Shown in pieces: positions 1 to 8,370 of a stretch of 64,000 nt of DNA. Position 1 is the first letter of the stretch; every line of letters begins with the position of its first letter. Below the pieces are notes generated by a model. That model saw nothing but the letters and a program-made list of their open reading frames with translations. It had not been told where the DNA came from and did no database searches. Source of the stretch: Candidatus Heimdallarchaeota archaeon (GTDB taxonomy: Archaea > Asgardarchaeota > Heimdallarchaeia > JABLTI01); NCBI GenBank assembly GCA_018238155.1, contig JABCTZ010000006.1, positions 72,837 through 136,836 on the forward strand, given 5' to 3'. The translations under genes were made by a program, and so were the position numbers.

Positions 1-982
1 CAATACCAAGAGATTCATCCCAATAACTCCCACCAAAGAAGGTACTCCAGAGTAAAGAACCATTGGAAGAGAATTTGGTTATAAAAGCATCCCAATCACC
101 AGCATAAGTGTCGTTAATTGCATTTTGTGTGGGAAAATCAATAGAAGAAGTAAATCCTGTGATATAACAGCTGTCATCACTTGCTACTGCAACACCATAC
201 CCCCATTCTCCACCATACTCCCCGCCCAAATAAGTACTCCAGAGGAGAGCGCCATCAGGGTCGAATTTGGATACAAAGACATCATAACCGCCATTAAAAG
301 TGCTATCGAATGCCTTTTCAGTGGGAAAGTTCGTGGAGGACGTCAATCCAGTAACGTAGCAACTACCATCACTTGTTGTTGCAACACTACACCCCATATC
401 CCAGTTATTTCCTCCTAGGTAGGTACTCCATAACAGCGTACCATTCGTAGCAAATTTACTAAGAAAGGCATCGGTAGCAACATCAATCCCACTTCCATAG
501 GTAGCATTGTAAGCATTCTTTGTAGGAAAGTTTGAAGACCAGGTTGTCCCCGTGACGTAGCAGCTGCCATCACTCGCCACAGCTATATCATAACCATAAT
601 CTAAATCACTCCCACCAAGATAGGTACTCCAGCATAGAGTGCCATTTGCAACAAATTTGGACACAAAAGCATCTCTACCACTATATGTATAATTGAATGC
701 ATGAAGCGTTGGGAAATCTCCTGAGGAGGTTCTTCCTGTGAGATAATAGCTGCCATCCCCTGCCACAGCAATGCCTAAGCCAATTTCTGTTCCACCCATG
801 CCACCAAAAAAAGTACAATACTCAAGAGTAGGCATAGCAGTCTTCTGGACTCCAAATTGAGTCTGAGGAAGTATTTGTCCACTGCCAAAATTCAGAGGAA
901 AGGGGGAACAAAGTATTAGAATTACAAAAAGAACGCCACAAGTCCCTCTCTTGCTTCGATTGGAAAATATCGTTTGACCCAT
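1..982 (-). CDS. Secreted SBBP (beta-propeller) repeat protein, 3' end beyond window start
   Basis: Not in ORF track. Manual translation from ATG at 982 (MGQTIFSNRSKRG...) is open to position 1, with a signal-like N-terminus and repeats of WSTYLGG..D.G..IAV..DGS.YVTG.T.S.NFPT..A...DAF.SKF. Confidence 0.85.
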   Translation of the reverse strand, partial: MGQTIFSNRSKRGTCGVLFVILILCSPFPLNFGSGQILPQTQFGVQKTAMPTLEYCTFFGGMGGTEIGLGIAVAGDGSYYLTGRTSSGDFPTLHAFNYTYSGRDAFVSKFVANGTLCWSTYLGGSDLDYGYDIAVASDGSCYVTGTTWSSNFPTKNAYNATYGSGIDVATDAFLSKFATNGTLLWSTYLGGNNWDMGCSVATTSDGSCYVTGLTSSTNFPTEKAFDSTFNGGYDVFVSKFDPDGALLWSTYLGGEYGGEWGYGVAVASDDSCYITGFTSSIDFPTQNAINDTYAGDWDAFITKFSSNGSLLWSTFFGGSYWDESLGI

Positions 983-1145
983 GATAATAACCTATTGCCT
1001 TTCTTTTAAGTATTTTATTCTTATAAGATTTATCTTGATTGAGGTTTCCTTAAATCTTTTAGTTTTGCACTTTCTTTACAATATAACCTCAAATAAAAGA
1101 AGAAACAATGAAATAAATAATGCTGTTATTTTTAAAAAAAAGATA

Positions 1146-1164
1146 ATCCTAGCAAAGCTAGGAT
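1146..1164. terminator. Hairpin downstream of the caspase-like gene
   Basis: atcctagc-aaa-gctaggat perfect inverted repeat. Confidence 0.4.
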
Positions 1165-1180
1165 TTAGTGGTAATAGTTT

Positions 1181-2179
1181 CTAGGAACCAAACCATACAT
1201 AACTTGAACAGTCACTTATTTGAGCATATTGAGCATCACCAACTGGGGATTGACAGCAACTGTAAGCAATAGAGAAACCTTCGGTACCTGTAGCATCCAA
1301 ATTTAATTGTGCAAAGAAGTAATGTGAAAACCTTCCTTCATAAGGTAATGGTTGGAAAAGATAAGAAAAAGCAGGTTTGTCTTCACGACTGCAGGATATA
1401 GCAAGATAAGGTGAAGCTGCAAAATCGTCCACCCAGTAACCTGAATAACATGATTCCACAACAATACATTTACGGGGAGCCTCTAATGCATCCATATAGT
1501 CTCGAAAATCATCTGAAGAGATTGTGGTTCCATCTTCTTTAAATTTTGTATGGGAGTGTTCATTATATGTACTTCCATGACCAAAGATATAAACAAATAC
1601 GGTGTCTTGATCATGTTCGTATGCATCTATAGTATTCATTGCACTTTGAACAGCTGCAACATTTGCGCAGTCTTCGTATTTATAGAATTTCGTATATCCA
1701 TGTTCTTCTTCTAGAATATCAATATAATCGTCAATATCTTGTTCCCGTCCTGCATCACTTGCCCAGAAGAAGACACCTATCTTTTCTGTTATTCCGACAA
1801 GTTCAAAATCATTTGTTCCTCCACCATAGACCGTTTCCATACCAGAATTGAAACGAGTTTTGGTTGCAGTCAAATAATAAGGTGCATTACCATTCAATGT
1901 GACACTAAATCCATAATCACCTGAACTGTCTGTTGTATCTATTCCTAGTATATTGAAATAGCAGTCAGCGAGCATTATTGTAGCACTACTTAATGGATTA
2001 TCAGAACAATCTTCTACTGTTCCCTCAAAGGTTGATACACCTTGTACACTCATTATTCTCATTGTTGAAAAAAGGAGAATGATGATAGCTAAGAAACTTA
2101 TTTTTTTTTCAAATATTTCATTATTAAATCTCCAATTCAAAAGTGTTGAAAGAAAATTCTTTAACAGAGCTATTACCAA
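1181..2179 (-). CDS. Secreted clan CD (caspase/legumain-like) cysteine peptidase with N-terminal carboxypeptidase-regulatory-like beta-sandwich
   Basis: Hydrophobic N-terminus; G.V.D...PL..A.I...TD.SG.Y domain; catalytic motifs VFVYIFGHGS and IVVESCYSG. Confidence 0.7.
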   Translation of the reverse strand: MVIALLKNFLSTLLNWRFNNEIFEKKISFLAIIILLFSTMRIMSVQGVSTFEGTVEDCSDNPLSSATIMLADCYFNILGIDTTDSSGDYGFSVTLNGNAPYYLTATKTRFNSGMETVYGGGTNDFELVGITEKIGVFFWASDAGREQDIDDYIDILEEEHGYTKFYKYEDCANVAAVQSAMNTIDAYEHDQDTVFVYIFGHGSTYNEHSHTKFKEDGTTISSDDFRDYMDALEAPRKCIVVESCYSGYWVDDFAASPYLAISCSREDKPAFSYLFQPLPYEGRFSHYFFAQLNLDATGTEGFSIAYSCCQSPVGDAQYAQISDCSSYVWFGS

Positions 2180-2312
2180 TGGTGTGTAATAAAGTTACCT
2201 ACATAGTATACGTTATCTTTTCTCTTTGTGAAATTTCCAGTAAGAATTCAAAAGCTTAAAGAATTGTGAGAAAAGGAATTTTTCACTCAAATTAAAACAT
2301 TGATTTACTACT

Positions 2313-2335
2313 AACCTGCGGCTGGATCACCTCCT
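2313..2335 (+). other. Orphan 3'-terminal fragment of archaeal 16S rRNA (h45 loop to anti-SD), possible att-site remnant
   Basis: aacctgcggctggatcacctcct matches the conserved archaeal 16S 3' end; no upstream 16S sequence; followed by hairpins (gattggcc...ggctaatc). Confidence 0.85.
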
Positions 2336-2413
2336 CTGAAATCGATTGGCCCTCAAGGCTAATCTCTGGTCCATGGAGGGAAATTTAACCCCTTTACATG
2401 TTTGACCTTAATT

Positions 2414-2480
2414 GTAGGGTTTGTTCAACCTCATGAAATCTTTTGTCATGCAAGAAAAAATATTTTTGTGCGAATCTTTA
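2414..2480 (+). repeat. attC-like repeat copy 1 (R' degenerate)
   Basis: GTTCAAC-ctcat-GAAATCTT...gtgcga-ATC. Confidence 0.55.
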
Positions 2481-2516
2481 TAGTTTATATCTAGCTCTTA
2501 TATAATAGGTGAATAT

Positions 2517-2711
2517 ATGAATTCAATTAACTTGAAAGTAGATGAACCAATAGTTATCCTTTCTTTGGCTGATTATGAAGCTTTAATAGAATCACTTGAA
2601 ATTTTAACTGAAGATTCCAAGATATTAGAAGAGATTACAAAAGCAAGAAAGGAGATTGTTACTGGTCAAGGCGTGCCTCTCAAGGAATTTCTCAAGGAAT
2701 TGAAGTCATGA
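2517..2711 (+). CDS. Phd/YefM-like antitoxin
   Basis: VILSLADYEALIESLEIL motif; stop overlaps start of the relE-like gene (ATGA). Confidence 0.75.
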   Translation: MNSINLKVDEPIVILSLADYEALIESLEILTEDSKILEEITKARKEIVTGQGVPLKEFLKELKS

Positions 2712-2965
2712 TCTATGATATAATATTGGCACCTCAACCACAAAAATTTCTTAAAAACATGAAAAATAAATGAATATTTCTTCAAATTGAAGTTGCTTTC
2801 ACAAGTATATCTTTAGATCCTAAAAAAGGCAAACAATTAGTAGGTGCTCTAAAGGGATTGTGGAGTTGGCGTGTAAGTTCTTATCGAATTTTATATGAAA
2901 TTCAAGAGCAGAAAGTAATTGTATATGTACTTCGTATTTCACATCGGAAAAAAGTCTATGAGTAA
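2708..2965 (+). pseudogene. RelE/ParE family toxin with in-frame TGA at 2771-2773
   Basis: MIYDIILAPQPQKFLKNMKNK*IFLQ...GKQLVGALKGLWSWRVSSYRILYEI...VYVLRISHRKKVYE. Confidence 0.8.
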
Positions 2966-2993
2966 TTTTTAGTCTGAATTTTCATATCTTTGT

Positions 2994-3061
2994 GTAGGTT
3001 ATTGTACTCTTTGATTATCTTTTACCATTCAAGGAGCGAAATTTTATTGTGCGAGTTAGGT
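2994..3061 (+). repeat. attC-like repeat copy 2
   Basis: gtac-tcttt-gattatcttttacc...aaggagcgaa...attgtgcga-GTTAGGT. Confidence 0.55.
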
Positions 3062-3190
3062 TCGTTGTTTTTAGATAAAGTTTTAACCTTTTTTTAAGAA
3101 GTTTTTACTTTGCACGTGAGTTGATTTCTTATAAGTTGAAAGGTATTATTTAATAGTTTAACTTCTATATAGTATAAAAGAGGAATTCGT

Positions 3191-3442
3191 ATGAGTAAAT
3201 TTGAACGAATTGTCCGTGATCCTGAGATTTGTGGAGGACAACCAACCATAAAAGGCACTCGAGTTCTAGTTCTCGATATTCTTGATTGGGTTAAAGAAGG
3301 ACTATCTTTCGATGAAATTTTGGAGAGCTTCCCCAGTATTACTCGAGAGGATATCCAAGAAATAATTGCATATGCAAAGGATATGATTGCAGGTGAGGTT
3401 GTCATTTATGGTTCTAAGAAAAGCGAAGTTTCTATTGGATGA
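3191..3442 (+). CDS. DUF433 antitoxin
   Basis: RIVRDPEICGGQPTIKGTRV...EILESFPSITREDI. Confidence 0.9.
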   Translation: MSKFERIVRDPEICGGQPTIKGTRVLVLDILDWVKEGLSFDEILESFPSITREDIQEIIAYAKDMIAGEVVIYGSKKSEVSIG

Positions 3443-3767
3443 GAACATTCCTATAAAGCTTGAACAATTATTCACTTCTCTTGAGTTATCTTGTGTTTCA
3501 ATTCGGGATGTGAAGTGGTTTGGCATTAAAAATAGAAAATTATCTGAAAGAGTCAAAAAGAGCTCCTATATTCTAATTACTCGTGATAAAGATTTCACGT
3601 TTCTCTGGAACAAATATGAAGTCCAAGTTATTTATTTAGCTATTGACCCTCCACTTCTATCTTCTTTTCTTCAACCTCTTCAGAATTTACTTCTAAATTG
3701 GCACTATAACCTAGACAAACCTTTTCTTATAATTTTGACTAAGGATACAATTCGTTTAAGACAATGA
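3408..3767 (+). CDS. DUF5615/Mut7-C PIN-like toxin
   Basis: FLLDENIP...ILITRDKDF; ATG at 3408 follows aggtga RBS. Confidence 0.8.
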   Translation: MVLRKAKFLLDENIPIKLEQLFTSLELSCVSIRDVKWFGIKNRKLSERVKKSSYILITRDKDFTFLWNKYEVQVIYLAIDPPLLSSFLQPLQNLLLNWHYNLDKPFLIILTKDTIRLRQ

Positions 3768-3840
3768 TTTGTATTAACACTCTGAAATCTTTTACCAAGT
3801 AAGGAGCAAAAAAAGTATTATTGTGCGAGTTCGGTTAGAT
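3768..3840 (+). repeat. attC-like repeat copy 3
   Basis: attAAC-actct-GAAATCTTttaccaag...attattgtgcga-GTTCGGT. Confidence 0.6.
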
Positions 3841-3846
3841 AATCAT

Positions 3847-4212
3847 TTAATCTTTAGGTCTTATTCGAATTGCTTTGGTTGTAATAATAACTAATTTGCC
3901 TTGATATCTAGGTTCTTTTAAGTCTCTAAGCATAAGGCTTCTATGCAATAGTTGATTTGTTGCTTCAGGATGTGGTGATAGCACTTGCAGAATAATTGTT
4001 AATGGAGGTTTTTCTTTCGTGTTATGATATATTTCTCCGAATCTTCTATCATGTGTAATCAACGGAGTAGAATTTTCTGTTGCATAATCATATATTTCCT
4101 CATCAGTTATACTTGATTTCAAAATCTCATCAATTTCTAATACTATGAATTTATTTTTTCTCAAAATTTTCTTCGTTGATTCTGATAAGCATTCATCAAC
4201 AATTACTCTCAT
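3847..4212 (-). CDS. DUF5615 PIN-like toxin
   Basis: VIVDECLS...DEEIY..A......LITHDRRFG. Confidence 0.85.
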   Translation of the reverse strand: MRVIVDECLSESTKKILRKNKFIVLEIDEILKSSITDEEIYDYATENSTPLITHDRRFGEIYHNTKEKPPLTIILQVLSPHPEATNQLLHRSLMLRDLKEPRYQGKLVIITTKAIRIRPKD

Positions 4213-4227
4213 TGCCCCTCTCCTCTC

Positions 4228-4467
4228 TTACTCTACTATTGGGATAATTTCATCTTCTGGGTGATTAATGAGGTGAATTGAATATTCAAGTGTTGCTCGT
4301 ATATCCTCTTCTGTTAATTTTGGATATTCTTTGATTATCTGCTCAAAAGACGCTCCGTCTTTTAGCATCTGTAAGATAATGTAAATTGGTATTCTAGTAT
4401 TTCTAATGACAGGTTTGCCACCTAGAATCTTGGGGTTTACTTCTATACGATTTATTATTGGATTCAT
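4228..4467 (-). CDS. DUF433 antitoxin
   Basis: RIEVNPKILGGKPVIRNTRI...EYPKLTEEDI. Confidence 0.9.
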   Translation of the reverse strand: MNPIINRIEVNPKILGGKPVIRNTRIPIYIILQMLKDGASFEQIIKEYPKLTEEDIRATLEYSIHLINHPEDEIIPIVE

Positions 4468-4538
4468 TTCTTCTCACAATTATATTTATCTGGCTGACTA
4501 ATAAAGTTTTTTTGGATTTCTAACAAATTTTTCCATAA

Positions 4539-4615
4539 TAGGAATTTGTTTACACAAAACATCTTGAAATCTTTTACCAAGCAAGAAGTGAAAAATAGTT
4601 TTGTACGAGTTAGGT
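4539..4615 (+). repeat. attC-like repeat copy 4
   Basis: aaAAC-atctt-GAAATCTTttaccaagcaag...gtacga-GTTAGGT. Confidence 0.6.
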
Positions 4616-4756
4616 TGTTCTACTTTTATTTGACTCTAATTTTTTTGATTTAGATTTTAAAAAGAATGAAACAAGAAATAAGAATTTCAAAATATCTTAA
4701 GATAGTGGATTTTACATTAAAAAAACCGTTTTGGTAACTAATTTTCTGTATTGTTT

Positions 4757-5014
4757 TTACTGAAGCATTTCGATGAGTTTATCTTTCGAGATATTGTTCC
4801 AAATTGCTACCTTCGTTAAAATATCGTTTAGAGTTCCTTTTGCAATCTCTTTATGTGTAACAATAGTAATATGATGTTCTCCTGCTTCCCCTTTCTTTGT
4901 TAGTCTTATATGACTTCCTTTTTGTCTTACTACCCGATAATCTAGTTTATTCAGTAGCTTTAGTAGTTTCTTTCCACTAACTACTGGAAGCTTTGGCAAT
5001 TGCTTGCACCTCAA
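4757..5014 (-). CDS. hicA: HicA family mRNA interferase toxin
   Basis: LPVVSGKKL...VVRQKGSHIRL...H.EIAKGTL. Confidence 0.9.
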   Translation of the reverse strand: MRCKQLPKLPVVSGKKLLKLLNKLDYRVVRQKGSHIRLTKKGEAGEHHITIVTHKEIAKGTLNDILTKVAIWNNISKDKLIEMLQ

Positions 5015-5213
5015 ATTCAGACAAAGTTAAAATTCTTATCGTTTCTGTTTGCAATTCTTCCTCAAAGTGCACCTCAACGGCTTCTTCAATATTCTTTCGT
5101 AATTCATCTAAGGTTTTCCCTTGAGTAAAAATATCTGCATCCATTCCTCTTGCACACCAATTTCCCTCTTCATCTTGATATATTTCTAATTTTATTAGAC
5201 GCATTAATTTCAC
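4977..5213 (-). CDS. hicB: HicB-like antitoxin
   Basis: QDEEG.WCA......FTQGKTLDELRKNIEEAV; overlaps hicA. Confidence 0.8.
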   Translation of the reverse strand: MKLMRLIKLEIYQDEEGNWCARGMDADIFTQGKTLDELRKNIEEAVEVHFEEELQTETIRILTLSEFEVQAIAKASSS

Positions 5214-5301
5214 CTAATTATATCTTCTTTTTCTTTAATTATAAACTCATTTATTATTGATTATATTTAAAACTCATTCTCTTTTCATGTTCGATCTAAA
5301 A

Positions 5302-5371
5302 GTAGGATTTGTTTAACCTCATGAAATCTTTTACCAAGCAAGGAGCGAATAAATTATTGTGCTAGTTAGGT
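5302..5371 (+). repeat. attC-like repeat copy 5 (best conserved)
   Basis: GTTTAAC(5311)-ctcat-GAAATCTT...aattatt-gtgcta-GTTAGGT(5371): RYYYAAC and GTTRRRY cores, 61 bp. Confidence 0.65.
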
Positions 5372-5419
5372 CAGTTGTTATTATTTTTACTATTTTTCGT
5401 TTATCTTAATTGTAAATGG

Positions 5420-6700
5420 TCACTCAGATTTTTTCAGTTGTTTTTTTGTTCTTATCCTAATAGCAGCAATTACTTTTAGGACAATAACAATTAGAATGAT
5501 AGAAATAACCGCTATTACTGATACAATTGTAATTATCATTTTAGTTTCAAAGGTTAGAGGAATTACCATTGGAAATAATCTTTTAATTCTCTCAGGATTT
5601 GTAACATCATAGATAAAAAGGAACCAAGAATAATAAAAAGTCGTAGCAATCCAATCTTCCGTAATTATTATACAAATGTTGTTTATCATGACTATTTTTT
5701 TATACTCTAACTTCAAACGGTCTTCCATTGAATGTTTATCGAGTTCAATAATATGTTCAAGATTTGTTTTATCTAATGTTAGTATTTCCCTTTCAGTTAC
5801 TAGATAAACAATATTTTCAGATACATGAGCTGATTTTGCATTTTCTAATGTATAATTAGCTATACAATTCAATCTATTATCATTTAGTATTTCATAAATC
5901 TTCAATCCCATATTATCGCAAGCATTTAGCTGATCATCCGACAATGAAATGCTGTTTAGATTGTCGAATTCATATTCAACTACAAAATCTAATTGAAGAG
6001 CACTATTTACTTCATAGATAGCTAAATTTTGCTCTCCGGTTATTACGAAAACTCTTTCCTCATCCATTATTACATCATTAAAGGAAAAGTTTCTCGTTGT
6101 ATTACCAATTAAGTTCCAGTTGTTAAAATCTGTTAAATCATATGTGAGCATTAATTTACTTCCATAATCGTTAGAACCAAAAATGAATAATTCATCATTG
6201 ATTATAATCAATTTTAGTATTTCCAAATCTATTGTTGTAAGTATATTCACCAATGTAGCGTTTATTTCACAATTAACTATCCCAATGAAATTATCATAGT
6301 GTCTTGCACTGAATAATATCTTATCATTGTATCTTGTTATATACCGTGCTAAACTGAGATTTGCATTTTTTTCTTGATAGATTACTTGCGCTTTCGCTGG
6401 TCTACTTATATCGATTATCTGAAAACCTGCTGAGCTTGTTGAATAGATTAAATCTTCATATACTACAAAATCAAAACTACAATGCATCACTGTATTGATC
6501 GTATAAAATTTGTCGATACAGACTTTCTTATTGATTGATGTATTTCCACTAATATATTGTGGATTTTTGATGTTATTATAGTCTATGGACGTTCCAATGA
6601 TAACTGTAATGATCATTGAAATTCGTACTAATTTAAAAAAATCGTTTCCTCTCATAATGCATCCCGCTTTTCCATTCTCTTGTATTTCTTTCCTTTTCAA
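5420..6700 (-). CDS. LVIVD-repeat-like beta-propeller surface protein with C-terminal TM and basic tail
   Basis: FQIIDISRP, LTYDLTD, FIYDVTNP repeats; N- and C-terminal hydrophobic segments; true start probably a later Met. Confidence 0.65.
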   Translation of the reverse strand: MKRKEIQENGKAGCIMRGNDFFKLVRISMIITVIIGTSIDYNNIKNPQYISGNTSINKKVCIDKFYTINTVMHCSFDFVVYEDLIYSTSSAGFQIIDISRPAKAQVIYQEKNANLSLARYITRYNDKILFSARHYDNFIGIVNCEINATLVNILTTIDLEILKLIIINDELFIFGSNDYGSKLMLTYDLTDFNNWNLIGNTTRNFSFNDVIMDEERVFVITGEQNLAIYEVNSALQLDFVVEYEFDNLNSISLSDDQLNACDNMGLKIYEILNDNRLNCIANYTLENAKSAHVSENIVYLVTEREILTLDKTNLEHIIELDKHSMEDRLKLEYKKIVMINNICIIITEDWIATTFYYSWFLFIYDVTNPERIKRLFPMVIPLTFETKMIITIVSVIAVISIILIVIVLKVIAAIRIRTKKQLKKSE

Positions 6701-6726
6701 ATTGATAAAATTTTTTGTAATGAGCG

Positions 6727-6740
6727 TGTGCGAGTTAGAT
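6727..6740 (+). repeat. Half copy of attC-like repeat (R' side only)
   Basis: tgtgcga-GTTAGAT. Confidence 0.45.
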
Positions 6741-6752
6741 TAGTTCATTTTT

Positions 6753-8068
6753 TTATTCTTCTTTATATTTCAATTCAGGTTTATTTTTCAGTTTTATTTT
6801 TTTAGATTTCTTCAACTTCCTCACAGAAAAGATAGACATAATTATAACAATAATCAAAATAAATGGACTTGCAATACCCATTATTGGAAGAATTAAATAG
6901 TGAAATATGAGTGGTAATTTTATTATTGGAAATTGTAGTTTAATTCTATTCTTATTTTCTATATCAAAGATAAAAAGATCGGTTTGTGTGTCAGGGGCAC
7001 CTGTCATGTAATCCTCTGTCATAACTAAAACATAGTTTTTGTACAAGAAAATTTTCTTAAAATCTAGTTCTACTATATCCTTTAGCCTATATTTACTTCT
7101 GCATTTAATTTCATCATTTTCTACTTCTAAAAGTACTAAATTCTTTGAGTTTATGATGCAAATAATATCATCCTTAACAGCAATTGACTTTGGTTGAGCT
7201 ATATCATAACTTGCAATTTTTTCCGGATTATAAGGATCGTCATTATTGAACACTTGAATTTGGTTACTTTTTAATGCATACAGAAAGTTATCCTGAAAAC
7301 TTATTCTGGTATATTCTTCTTCAAATTCTTTTACTTTTACTGGTGCACTTACATTGCTGAAATCGTAGACCAACAATTTGTTGTCAATAGTACTATGATA
7401 TAGAAAATTATTATGGAATTTATAATCTAGGATATCATCATATTTATAATACGGTGGATATTGATTCCCAATCACAATTTCTGAAATATTGTGACAACCA
7501 ATTAAGATTGGATTATAGATATCACTAATATTGTATATTTCACATTGAGGGACTTCATATCTTGAACCAAACAAAAAGAGATTGTTCTTTTTTTGCTCTA
7601 AACGGTGAACAAAGCTTAAATTTGTACCAATTATTTTATTAAAGTATTGATCTTTTCATTTTCAATAAATCCAATTACACTTTGATTAACATTATAATTT
7701 CCATCCATTGCCATGAACGTAATACTGCCATTATTGTAAAATGAGAAAATATATTCATAATCAAAATATCTTACCCATTTTAATTCTTTCCATCTTTGTA
7801 ATTGGGAGATATTTCTTACAAATATTGAACTTGATGAGAAGCTAACGAGAACTAAATCATTTACGCATGTAATATCATTGCACATCTTTAACATATGATT
7901 AATACTCAGTGGATTATTATTGAAATAATTTAAACTTTCAGTTTTAGCATTGTTTTTCTCAGTATTCATATTTGAGTAATGATTCCGTAAATCATTCATT
8001 TGAACTAAAATTATGATTATAAAAAAAAAGGTATAAATAATCCTCTTCCTACAATTCTTTAATCCCAT
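6753..8068 (-). pseudogene. Frameshifted LVIVD-repeat-like surface protein (ORFs 7631-8068 and 6753-7574)
   Basis: The 6753 frame stays open upstream to about 7640 (KIIGTNLSFVHRLEQKKNNLFLFG); adding one base in the A-run near 7635 would join the halves; paralog of 5420-6700. Confidence 0.7.
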
Positions 8069-8128
8069 TTTTCCACTCTCTTGTATTTATTTACTCTTCA
8101 AATTAATAAAATTTCTTGTAATAAGAAT

Positions 8129-8142
8129 ATGCGAGTTAGGTT
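8129..8142 (+). repeat. Half copy of attC-like repeat (R' side only)
   Basis: tatgcga-GTTAGGT. Confidence 0.45.
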
Positions 8143-8370
8143 TGTTTTTTTCTTTTTTTGTTTTTCGTTCGAGTTTTCCTATTATTTTCAACCCAAGAAC
8201 TATACTTAATATTATTATGATAAAAATAATCCTCGATTTTTATTGTTTATTTCAATCAAAAAGAGCATGCCAAATTATTATTAAAGATAGAAAGATATTC
8301 TTCATTGGGATTTATACTAGGTTTATTATCTTAGATTTTGAATTCACAAGAAATTTCCAGGTGAAAAAGT

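Noticed and set aside
125-418. Plus-strand 97-aa ORF and other short antisense ORFs in the track (for example 20208-20516, 42140-42601)
   Set aside because: Shadows of better-supported genes on the opposite strand
2309-2315. TACTAAC spliceosomal branch-point motif
   Set aside because: A 7-mer expected by chance in AT-rich DNA; it overlaps the 16S fragment junction and has no splice context
2301-2335. 16S fragment as the last exon after a large BHB intron
   Set aside because: I could not build a bulge-helix-bulge with the expected upstream exon (ccgtagggg); not fully excluded without the left flank
2414-5371. CRISPR array
   Set aside because: Repeats are long and degenerate and are separated by whole genes rather than 30-40 nt spacers; no cas genes
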